Notes under the pieces: generated by a model | Database searches by the model: none | The model's input: only the letters and a program-made list of their open reading frames with translations | Told to the model about the DNA's origin: nothing | NCBI GenBank assembly: GCA_030704615.1 | Contig: CM060733.1 | Location: 5,208,001 to 5,272,000 of the forward strand | From: Takakia lepidozioides | Lineage: Eukaryota > Plantae > Bryophyta | Reading direction: 5' to 3' | Length of the DNA: 64,000 nucleotides | Made by a program: the position numbers and the translations under genes | In this document: piece after piece, positions 13,430 through 24,592 of the stretch | Layout: the number at the start of each line of letters is the position of its first letter | How positions within the stretch are numbered: position 1 is the first letter of the stretch

Positions 13430-13872
13430 GGAAATCCGAACGGCCTCGGACGGAAATTCGGCGCCGTTTTTCCATCCTGGGAGGTTTTTATATCGTCCAG
13501 TTTTGGGCCTCACCACCTGACCAGACTTCCTTTGAGGGGGCCCGGATGGAAATTCGGCGCCGAATTTCCATCCGGGGGATGGTCTCTGTCGGACAGGTGC
13601 CGGCCTCTCCGCTCGAGGCGACTTCGTCCGGGCGTCCCCTGTTGGATATTCGGTGCCGAATTTCCGTCCGGGGGTTGAAATGTGACGGCCAGGTGCCGGC
13701 CTCTCCCCCCTCCCCGACTGCATCCGAACCGCCCCGCACGGAAATTCGGCGCCGTTTTTCCATCCTGGGAGGTTTTTATATCGTCCAGTTTTGGGCCTCA
13801 CCACCCGACCGGACTTCCTTTGAGGGGGCCCGGATGGAAATTCGGCGCCGAATTTCTATCCGGGGGATGGTC
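13430..13872. repeat. Second block of the same palindrome (~96 bp spacing, 288-bp higher-order duplication)
   Basis: A perfect 36-bp palindrome at 13541-13576. The segment starting at 13434 is repeated at 13722. Confidence 0.9.
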
Positions 13873-14086
13873 TTAATCACTCCTTTCTCCAGACCCCACT
13901 CAGGGTCAGCATCATGCACTCTCTTAAGAATGTTTTCTTTACAACCGTCTGGCAATTCCAAGAACCTCTGAAAGAATTGTTTGGACAATCTTTCCTTCTC
14001 AGTTCCACAGGTCACATCAATCTTTAATTCTCCAACCACCATGATCCCACCAGATGCCTGTCACATCTGGTTGTTCATGACCCAGT

Positions 14087-14105
14087 TCCCCAAGTATGGT
14101 CGCCA
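14087..14105 (-). other. Primer binding site (tRNA-Arg-like, TGGCGACCATACTTGGGGA), followed by the gag start to ~13873
   Basis: Lies 2 nt inside the LTR CA end. A near-identical PBS occurs at 34109-34126. Confidence 0.75.
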
Positions 14106-14107
14106 AA

Positions 14108-15146
14108 TGTCGAGCGGCTTTTACTCACCCATCCCTTCGCTATCCGAGGTGGAAACTCCAAGATAGAAGAGTTGGATATCTCTAAGCACTCAGCCCGCTC
14201 AGAACAATCAGTCATGACCTACAACTAGTGAATCATGGTTGTGCTTCATATTTGTATTCATTCTTGCCTTCATGTTATCAATTTACCTTACCGCGTATAC
14301 TGAAGCATCAGATTGCTTCAGTATCTACTAAGTTCCAATTAATCATGCATTCATTCCACAACTTCTCTCATGTCTCTCTACACAATATGTTTGTATCGAT
14401 TCAATATCGGATTAAGATTAATCATGTATCATGCCTATGCCATGGTGTCCCTAATCTACCCTACTGTATAATTTTACAGCTTGCATGAATTAAGCCTCAA
14501 TCAAGTCATCGTCTCTTCTTCACTGTTTCTGCTCTCCGTTACGTCTCCTCCTCTCCTGAACAAGTTGCCCTCCTCAAGAAGTGATCCTCTTCATGTTGCC
14601 GCTCTGCCTAATCTACCCGCAAGCTGTTCTAACCACCTAACTAACTAACCGTCACCCCTAAAGTAACACGTTCCCTCTGCAGATGTCGTTCCCACACAGT
14701 CGTTCCCTGTCAATGATAACGGTTCCCCATGTACACTGTGACAGGCTGTGTCAAGCTGTGCCGAGCTGTGACTGGCTGTGTAAAGCTGTGTCGGGCTATG
14801 TCAGACTGTGTCTGGCTGTGATAGACTGTGATGGGCTGTGTAAAGCTGTGTCGGGCTGGGACTGGCTGTGCGAAGCTGTGTCGGGCTGTGTCAGACTGTG
14901 TCTGGCTGTGATAGACTGTGACGAACTGTGTAAAGCTGTGTCGGGTTGTGACTGGCTGTGCGAAGCTGTGTCGGGTTGTGTCTGGCTGTGATAGACTGTG
15001 ACAAGCTGTCTACCCCCCCTAAAGCCTGCGTCTGCCACCCCTAAGGCTCCTGTTGGTCTCAGTCTACCATTCATAAGTCCGCGCAAAAATTAAGGGTACC
15101 CCATAGAACCTGTAAAAGCGTCTAAGTCCCAAGCAGCCCTCTAACA
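14108..15146 (-). repeat. 5' LTR of gypsy copy 1 (1039 bp)
   Basis: TGT...ACA termini. Homologous to 23683-24554, 28715-29453 and 33276-34106. Confidence 0.92.
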
Positions 15147-16417
15147 AGAAGCAGCATCCAGAGCCGTACACAAAAGCACAATGGCTCGAAGTGAAGAAAA
15201 TGTACAAATTCAACAAGTTGGAGTTCGAGACATTCCGATCGAAACTGGGGGCCAAATACATGAAAAGCAAAATGAACATGAATATGAAGACCGAGAAAGT
15301 GAGTGACGCTTTCATCAAATACGTGCTTTCATGCAAGAAAAGGGTTGAAGACATAGAGAAGGAAATGGGCAACCTCAAGGATACCTTCAAGTCACATTAC
15401 CAGTGCATAGGAGGGAAGCGGAGGTTCACGGATGCAAAAACACAGTTGCAAATTGTGAGAAAGAGGGATTTTGATAACATCGCAATGGTGTTCGTCAACA
15501 TAGTCTATGACGATGATTCAGTTGTTTTCATGCAAAGAAATTACAAGAATATTTTTGATGCGTTCTTCGAACTGCAGCTGAGCCCTTATGCATTTGTCTT
15601 CTTCTCGACGCAGAGGTCCTCTTCCAATCTAGTTTTGTACATAAGGTTTGGCGAGGGGCGGGACAAGTATATCCTACTTCAAGGGTTGTATCTTCCTGGA
15701 GAGTTCGACAATCCTTTCAAGAGCCGGCCAAAGTCATTTTCAAGGCCACTCATGTGCCTTGATTACATATTTCCTGCTACAGCTGCCCAGATTGAGAACC
15801 ACGAGGAGCACCTGCAAGGAGTCTTGATGAGGGCAGGAGACCCACAGGCACAATGGCGAAGGAAATGACAACGATGATGATGACGATGAAGAGATCTGGA
15901 GACAAAGGAAAACCAGGAAGAAGGTGACGGAAACGAAACGTTGGACAAAAATGAAGAACTTGAGAGAGGTGAGGAAGACAAAGACGACTACCAACCCGAT
16001 GATGCCGTCAACAATTTCTTGCAAGATGAGACAAAACAAATTGAGCAAGGCAGAAATCCACGAGCTGAACAAGCAGGGAGGGTATTACCCGAAGAAATCC
16101 ACTATCCACAGGCCCTGACAAATACCGGTGAAGGAGACAATCTCGAGACAATTGTGCTGTCTTCCTCCACTAAAGAAGTGGGGGGAGACAATGTAAAGGA
16201 TAACGCCGATTCTAGAGACGTCTTCGATAAGGAGATTTCAGAAATAGACTCAAGGGTGGGACTCAGGCCTGTGGAGGGGGATATGCCATTACGGATGTCA
16301 CCATATCAAGGTTTTAGCCAAAGAGTTAGAGACATCGTTGATGGTCAGGCATCTAGGGCATTGGTTGGCAATCAAAATTCTGTTGACGTGAGTATTGCAA
16401 ATTATGAGCTGCCCTGA
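15147..16417 (+). pseudogene. Unknown ORF cut at its 5' end by the LTR, with a frameshift into an acidic tail
   Basis: The frame is open from the LTR edge (KQHPEPYTKAQWLEVKK...) through 15868, then continues as the D/E-rich ORF 15941..16417. Confidence 0.5.
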
Positions 16418-17953
16418 CACTTGTAAAACCCAATTTACAAACTTGATATAACATCAAAATATTTTACCAATGGAACTAATAACCTATTGTTCTGTGATAG
16501 TCTCGTCAAACAATCAAAATTTATACGGAAGTCTAATCACCAACATTTTCTGTAGATCCGTGAGTCCAATATGGAGGAAGTGACACATACCAGAACAAAC
16601 GACACACAATAGCGTACAATGAAGAAACAATACTATGTAAGTAAAAAGAATGGGCCTACAACCCATGACAATCCATCCAGTCAGTACACCATTATCCCAG
16701 GCTGCAGCGGAAGAGAAAACCTGGCACAATCGGAGATTCTTCATTGAGATTTGTCTAGACATATTGTTTGTCTTCTTTTATTATCATCCCTGGAGGGTGA
16801 CCCAATGCCCTTGAGTTTGTTACTTCATCCGCTTTCATCTCTGTGTTTGCATAGTGCACCAGTCGCACAAGGCCTGCCGTGATGCTTACTTCTGACCATC
16901 TCTAGTGTACATGCCTTGGTCCAGTATTAACATATGTGTCTAACTTGGCTTTGCAGAGAAGTGCATGGAGAAACTACTCTACTACATATTGGTATCAGTT
17001 CACTGTACTTAGTGCACAGCCGTATCGTGCATGCTAGCTAAGCCTGCGGCCTCTGTTTGTATCAATGCAAATCAAATGCTTCGATGCATGAGCCTTAGTC
17101 CCACAAAACACTTTAGCTAACCATCATCACACCACCTCTATGTTAATGGATCCATTCTACCTCACACCAGGCTGATTCTAGTGCTCACTTCCAATGATGA
17201 TAATCTCCATCCTTTACTCAAGAATCAACCACCTCGCACCAAAATCTGAGAGAGATGACTATCCGCAACCACTCGTCTTATACCTGACCTGATCATAAAC
17301 TTTGTCTTATCTATGCCGTCACTTCACGTGATCATTTAATAACTAGACCCAACAACATAATCAGCTGCAACCTTAGGCTTGAAGACTTAGTGGACACCGG
17401 GTATTATTCCCCTCTGTGCCACAGGCCTGATTGTTGTTAAATACATCTTAAGGCGACGTGTACCTCATTCCATCCACCCTTTATCTTAGTGTCACTAGCT
17501 AATATTATTGTGGCCACTCTACCCACTAAATCACCACTGAGTCCTTTGTCTATTTCTGCAGTATCATCCCCATGTGATGAAGAATCAACTTTTTTTATTG
17601 GTGCTTTCATCGCCCTGTCATCCTGCTAGCTCGTCATCCATCCACTAATGCCAATTAGTGATCTCATCCCTGCCTGTCATCCAATTTTCCCACCGTCCAT
17701 CCGCTGATGAAAATTTGTCAATTTCATCCTGTTCACTCTAATGATAAATCGCGATCTCATCTAGTTAGCCCGCCATCGTTCCTTAAGCACAAACCCCAAT
17801 TTCCTTGTCTTGCTCTTGGGGTTCTCCCGTGTTTCCCTCATTACCTCCATTTGACTCACAGATGTAAGTTCTCCCTTCTTTAGCTGGCTGGCCCTCTAGC
17901 CAACGCTTCACTCACATATTCAGGTGCTTCACGTCTCGCCTCACTCTGTTCCA

Positions 17954-20900
17954 TCATTTTCCTGCTGCGTCTTCCAGAATGCATACTCGTTCACCTTCCT
18001 TCTTAGTACAGTCAATGTGCTTGTCTACATAGCCTTGAAAGGAGTATGGACCTTCCCAAGATGTCTCCATGTTCTTCTTTTTGCCAGGCTTGAGCATCAT
18101 CACCGATGCGCCTTCCTTCAGCTCAGTGAGTGCTTTCCCTCTTGATTTCCTGGTTGCATAAGCTTTCTGTTGTGCCCTTTGTGCTACATCAACATTCTCT
18201 CTCAATGTGCCCTCCAGCTCATGTATGAATGCCATCTTCTCCTCAATCATTCTGTGCTTTGCTTCCTGATCGTCAGTGAGCTCCACTAGTTTGGAAATTT
18301 GCCAGAATTCGTTGTCTGCTCCCAACCTCATTGCCCGTCCTGTCATCACCATGTATGGTGAAAAATTGGTTGAGGCTTGTATGCCCACTCTATACCCAAA
18401 CGCCGCCTTGTAAAGAGCTCTGTCCCACTCTTTATTTTCCTGTGTACTCAGCGTGATCATGCTTCTTTGAGTGATCGAATTAATCTCTCCACCATCCCGT
18501 TGCACTGAGGCCAATAAGGGGCTGATCTCTCATGTTTGACCCCAAACTTCTTGCAGGTGTCTTCGAAATCTTTTGTCCACTCCAACCGGTGGTCTGTGAG
18601 CACCGAATTTGGTACCTCGTAGCGGTACATGACCTGCTCTTCAAAGAAGCGAGCTGCCAATTTTGAGGTATGATCTGCTACTGCACTTACCTCTATCCAC
18701 TTTGAAAAGTGATCCACTGCGATCAATGCGTATTTGTTGCTCGTCTTCTTCCTGTGACTGCATCTCCTCTCCTGCTTCATCGCTGTATTTGGACTCCAGG
18801 GAGCATTCTTCCCTTTGCCCCTGCCCCCATTCTTCATTTTCTTCAGTGTCATCATGATCATCCCTTCCACTGATTTGTTCCTGCCTATAGTTCTCATTGT
18901 CCGTTTCCTGCTCATGTTCACTTTCTTCCTTGTTTTGTTCTCCATCTTGGTCTTGTGCTTCCATCCCCTGACTCCTTGTCATCACCATGTTTATTCTAGG
19001 TGTATCATCCCCCATCCTGATGTCAAGCAATCTCTGCAACACTTGGTTTTCGTCCATTTGGGTCTGGCATTGTACCCCTTGGTGGTTTGGTCGACAATAC
19101 CAGTAGGCCCTTCGCTGATCTGGCTTCTTTGGTATGACAGGGTTTGGCTCTTCTTTTGGAGCTTCGTTACTGCTGCATATCCCTTGTTGTGGCTTCCTCC
19201 ACACTCCGTTTACCTTGGTAAGTTTCCACCCATCCGGCTGTCCATCACCTTCTTCTCCTTCCATTTGAACTACCCACTTCAGCCCTGCTCTTGATGGATC
19301 GTGTCTCTCCTCATCAGCCCATTCCCAGCATTGTGGTTTCACAGTTTCCTTTCGCATTTGCTGCTCTTGGTGCTTGTTGTCTGATCGAGGCAGCTCAAGT
19401 TTCTCTTCCATCTTCCCAGTCTGTTTACAATTCCCATTCTTTGTTGGTACCTTGGTGGTTGTATGCTCACATGGGTTCTCTCCTGTCCTTTTGTCATCAT
19501 AACTGTCTGTCCTGGCTTTGTCTGTAACCTCACTTTGCTGCATATGTACTGTGTGCAGATTCAATCCTTTCTCGCTATCCTTACCGAGCTCAAAAAAAAC
19601 TGAGTACTCTGACTTTCTTCCCTCAATTCTCTTACCCTCAGTCCCTCTGATTGCTGCCAACTTTTCTCTCTCCTGATTTCTCTCCCGTGCTGTCACTCTT
19701 GTTAGTTTCTGACCCTTCATCGTGGTTGCACACTCCATTTCCTGTTGATCTTCCCTTGTTTTTTGCTTGTGTTGACACCCCACATTTCTCCTTTCACCAC
19801 TTCTCTCTCTTGCACCACTCTGCCCTGTTCTTGCTGATGGTGTCTTTGTTTGTGTGACAACAGGTTGGTACTTTTCCTGTCCAGCCTCTTCCCATCGATG
19901 GCTGCCTCTCCCACTCTCTTCTTTCTGCAGATAAGATGGGTCTAGCTTCGTTGTCTCAATCTCTTCTGCATTCAATCCTCCCTTTGGATTACTGCTTTCA
20001 TACTTCAACCGCCCCAAGGCTGTGGTGCACATACTCTTGCTGTTCTCATATAGTCTGAAAAAAGATACGTCTCCCATTTCTGCTTCTTTGATAGTGTTGC
20101 TGCTCATCTTCATGTTGTATGCATGCTTCAGGCAAAGCTGGTCCTGCCTTGACCTTACTTTCTCGATATCCATACCAACTGCACTTCCATGATTCATCTC
20201 CTTTTCCTCAGATTATTCCATGCTTAATGATCGTGTCTGTCTTGTTGCATTTGCAGGGCTGGTCTCCTGTTCAGCTCCATTCACTTGCAACCCCGAAAAA
20301 GATAAATCTGCCCTCTCCCATTCTCTTCTTAATTTCCCTTCATCAGTGCCTTCAAGTGTTCTCTTGGAACCTCTCATGCCCTCAATTTGGATTAGATCTT
20401 CTTGTTGTGCTTGGTCTGTAGTACTGAGTGGCAGTCTATACTTATAGTTGTAATCAATTTCAGTTGTCTGCCCCACAATGTTGACCCCAGGTAGTAATTC
20501 AAACCTGACCTTCTTCTGCTTCAGTTTCCTTTCAGTCATTTTGGATGCAGTTGGAATGACATCTACTACTGTTTCCTTGATGACCTCAAAGTCAAACCCA
20601 ATGGTCAAGTTGGTGCCCTTAATATTTCCCAGTTGTTTCCACTCAAGTGGATTTAGACTTGTCCTAACCTTGAAGGCTACCCCAGTTAGTTCCTTCTCGA
20701 ATTGCCACAGGGCCCAAACAAAGAGATAGTAATGTACCTCACTCATCTTTGATTTATCATCGCTGACTTTCCTCTCATGTACCCCCATGACAGTGCTATC
20801 AGTCCTTTCAAATTGGATTAGTGTGGCACGAGCAGTCACTACAACAGATTCCGGCTTTAACGTCTGCCACATTTGCCCAGTCGTAGCATATATGTCTACA

Positions 20901-21151
20901 AAATGCAATGGGGCAGTCCTGGTTGCCATTTGTGACCAGCAGAAGTCGTATATGCCACCTTGTACCTCCACCACGTCAGGATCTACGGTCAAACACGTTT
21001 GACCAGATAGGGGAAGATGGTAGATACGACTAGGAGTCATGGCCAAAACTGCAACAGGATGACGTGGGCATGGGAATGTATGACTGCCAGTATTCACAAC
21101 TGCACGTGGCGATTGCCGGTTGCCCAAGGAGTGTCTACGTGGACGATGCAA
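17954..21151 (-). mobile_element. Remnant of a second gypsy family: integrase core plus long upstream ORFs with a degenerate RNase H-like segment
   Basis: YALIAVDHFSKW, VLTD, PQCNGMVER, FSPY and WEGPY in ORFs 18457..18945 and 17954..18514. No LTRs found. Confidence 0.75.
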
Positions 21152-22529
21152 ACAGAAATGGATGAAACATATGCAGGATGTGATTGCAAATGACGACGTG
21201 TCAATCTATCATTGCTCGTAGGGTTGGACATTCAGGTGCATTGGATGCAAGTGCATCTAACGGTTGCACACGATGCATGTTACTAATGCATGGGCTTGGT
21301 GAAGAACAGAGACAAGTCCCGAACATGCGTATGAGAGGCGACCATGCAGGTTCTATGATGGTTGAAGCGGTGCACTGCATTTAAAAAAAATCGGCAACAC
21401 AATTGAAAGACAAAGGCTTGAGAGAAGACGAAACGATGCATTCAGTGGATACGCACCTTGGTGCAAGACACCGGCCAGTCATTCTCATTCACAGTGATGC
21501 AAAATATGTGAAGACAAAAAGACCCAGCGGGTAGTTCAGGGCACCCAAAAACGAGCGGTGTTCGCTATACCGCAATCTGCAAATGCACTGGCCTACTCAG
21601 AATCATGGCACATTGTGTGCGCAATGACTCTCATTAAATTCACCTATGCATTTGATCCTCTTAGTGGTCTCCATCATATGTAATGTCTTAGAGATTCAGT
21701 CTTCAACGTACATGCGGAAGAAGCATGTACGCATCAAAGTTGGAAACAGTCAGTAGCTAGAGGAACAGAATACATCTCTTAATGTCAACGATTCACCCAA
21801 TGCTACTCCTTCGACCAAGTGCATCCTAACTTCTGCCGATTCCTGCTATCCTAGTTGCAAGTGCTGGGATAGGAGATTACAGGATGCCTTCACACACAAG
21901 AGTAGCAACAAACTTCATGACTGACATCCTCTCACAACTCCTCTACAGGGAGAACCCAATTGGACAGGGAAGCTTAGTGATGTGGTACCACGCCGCGTAG
22001 CCATATAGGTAGGGGTACCGATGCCCACAGGCGTCCAGCCTTTTGCTGCAAGCAGATAGGCAGAAAAATTGAGGCACGGCCTCCCTTCGGTGAATGCCGC
22101 TGGTTCCAAGCCACTGAAGCACAATTAAACAAGCCTCTTCCGCATGACGGCTAATTCGCTGTGCTTCTGCCTACTCTGCAGCATACTGAATTGCCTGCTC
22201 CCTTCGAAGGCGCTCCATGCTGCGGTGCCATTGAGTTGTGTGTGCAGTTCTTCTGAAGCGGGATCGCATGGTAGTCGTGTGATGATGGGGCGAGTTGGCC
22301 CACAACGATGACCACAGCAAATGCGTTCGCATGCTAACCGTGTGATGCAAGGGCGACTTGCCAAACGACGAAGTGAACAGGGACGACGTAGACACTGCAA
22401 AGAAGCAAGAGCGATGAAGAGCAAGCAAGAGCAAACAAAATGAAAGGCAAGTGGAGCGAAGTGGAGATAAAATCCAAGCTCCCGCCAACCTGCTTCCCGC
22501 CAAATTCTAATGGAGTGGCAAAACGGGGG

Positions 22530-22730
22530 CACCGGGATCTCTTGGCTACCCCACTGCCACTTAAGATCACTTCCTCCCTCTCCTCTATCGTTGAATGCTA
22601 CCACTGCACATTTGCTGTCATTAGCCTCTAGCCCCCAAAGATCAAAGTATCTCTTCGCGCAATCAATCAACTCCTGGAGATTGGTTGGAGTCTCCCCTAT
22701 ACCTGCGAAGTCATCTGCAAACATAAGGGC
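22530..22730 (-). pseudogene. Non-LTR (LINE) reverse transcriptase fragment
   Basis: LMFADDFAGIGETPTNLQELID...WGLEANDSKCAVV. Confidence 0.8.
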
Positions 22731-23682
22731 TGTTTAGGCCACAGAATAGGCTACTAGTTACAAGCCTAACGCTGGATTACAGCCAGTGTTCGCCATGGGT
22801 ATGACTTGTGCACAAAGACGAATTACGACTATGTGAGTGTAGCATGCATGATGCAGCAAAGTAAGAAATTGCAGATTGCTTCTTCTGAAAATTGAAGTGG
22901 AGTGGGTACTTCTGCAAAGCCTCCATACTGGTGGCATCGTGACATGGAAACATCATCCGACAAAAATGAGGGGAATGGGTTAGGGTTCTTCTCAACAATA
23001 GCACAAAATTGCATAAGACATGGTGGTGGCTTGCCAGAAGTTCAAACCAGCATTAACAGTCATGGTAATGGCGTGCTAGTCATAGTGTAGCCTGCAAGAA
23101 ATCTTAGCCCCTCTACACTACAGGTGAACTTCACTACCATCCATGGACCTCTTGAAATCTGGATAGCAGTGAACAAGCATGCTGCCATAAAAGCATTACA
23201 CATCGACGTCCGGTAGCTCGTCCTCGCTGTCATCTTCTTCCTCATCGGTACTGTCATTCTCCACCACAATGGGGGCTTTGTTGCGCACATCCCTGTATAG
23301 TGAGGCAAGAACTTCGGGAGTCACTTCAATTGTCTGGCCCAAATTCGGGCCTGCAACATGTGTCTCTTCGACTCGTTCAGGGGCTAAGAGGCCTTCCACA
23401 CTACGAAGATCATCATTACCAATTGACACATCACAAACCACCCGAGAAGATCTGGGGCTTTTCTCAAGGACCACATTCCACCGAGGTTCATGTACACAAG
23501 TGCTGAAAAATACCTGCTCCACTTATGACAGCAGCATGAATGGCTCCTCTTGTGGAGCCAACATTTGGGAGAAATTCACCAATGTGAACCCACAATCATC
23601 CTGCTTCATGGATGTAGGCTGATTGCGGCTCCCCTTCTTTGCCCGAACCCAAGAACACAACATCACAATGGGCCTTGTCTTC

Positions 23683-24554
23683 TGTCGAGCGGCTTTTACT
23701 CACCCATCCCTTCGTTATCCGAGGTGGAAACTCCAAGATAGAAGAGTTGGATATCTCTAAGCACTCAACCCGCTCAGAACAATCAGTCATGCCCTGCAGC
23801 TAGTGAATCATGGTTGTGCTTCCTATTTGTATTCATTCCTGCCTTCAAGTTATCAATTTACCTTACCGTGTATACTGAAGCATCAGATTGCTTTAGTATC
23901 TACTAAGTTCCAGTTAATCATGCATTCATTCCACAGCTTCTCTCGTGTCTCTCTACACAGTATGTTTGTATCGATTCAGTATCGGATTAAGATTAATCAT
24001 GTATCATGCCTACGCCATGGTGTCTCTATTCTATCCTGCTGTATAATTCTACAGCTTGCTTGAACTAAGCCTCATTCAAGTCATCATCTCCTCTTCACTA
24101 TTTTCCGCTCTCCGTTACATTTCTTCTTCCCTTCCATAAGTCGCCCTCTCCAGAAGCGATCCCCTTCCCGTTGCCGCTCTCCTAATCTACCCGCAAGCTG
24201 TTCCACCTAACTAACTAACCGTCACCCCTGAAGTAACACGTGCCCTCTGCAGATGTCGTTCCCTGTCAATGATAACTGTTCCCCATGTACTGTGACAGGC
24301 TGTGTCAAGCTGTGTCGAGCTGTGACTAGCTGTGTAAAACTGTGTCGGGCTGTGACTGGCTGTGCGAAGCTGTGTTGGGCTGTGACTGGATGTGCGAAGC
24401 TGTGTCGGGCTGTGTGAACTGTGTAGGGCTGTGTAACCCTCCTAAAGCCTGCTCCTGCCACCCCTAAGGCTCCTGTTGGTCTCAGTCTGCGCAAAAATTA
24501 AGGGTACCCCACAGAACCCATAAAAGTGACTAAGTCCCAAGCAGCCCTCTAACA
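23683..24554 (-). repeat. 3' LTR of gypsy copy 2 (872 bp)
   Basis: TGTCGAGC...CTCTAACA termini with an adjacent PPT. Confidence 0.92.
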
Positions 24555-24592
24555 TTACCCCTCCCTCTCTCAAAAAGCCGTGTCCTCACGGT

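Larger units (their letters stand above)
1404..15146 (-). mobile_element. Ty3/gypsy LTR retrotransposon copy 1 (non-chromovirus-like). Disrupted: 3' LTR truncated, most of gag/protease replaced by unrelated DNA at ~9411-13872
   Basis: Minus-strand order: 5' LTR 14108-15146, PBS, gag start, RT-RNaseH-integrase, extra ORF, PPT, partial 3' LTR. Confidence 0.85.

Noticed and set aside
12689-14042. ORFs with repeated MEIRRRISI peptides
   Set aside because: Translation artefacts of the palindromic array, appearing on both strands.
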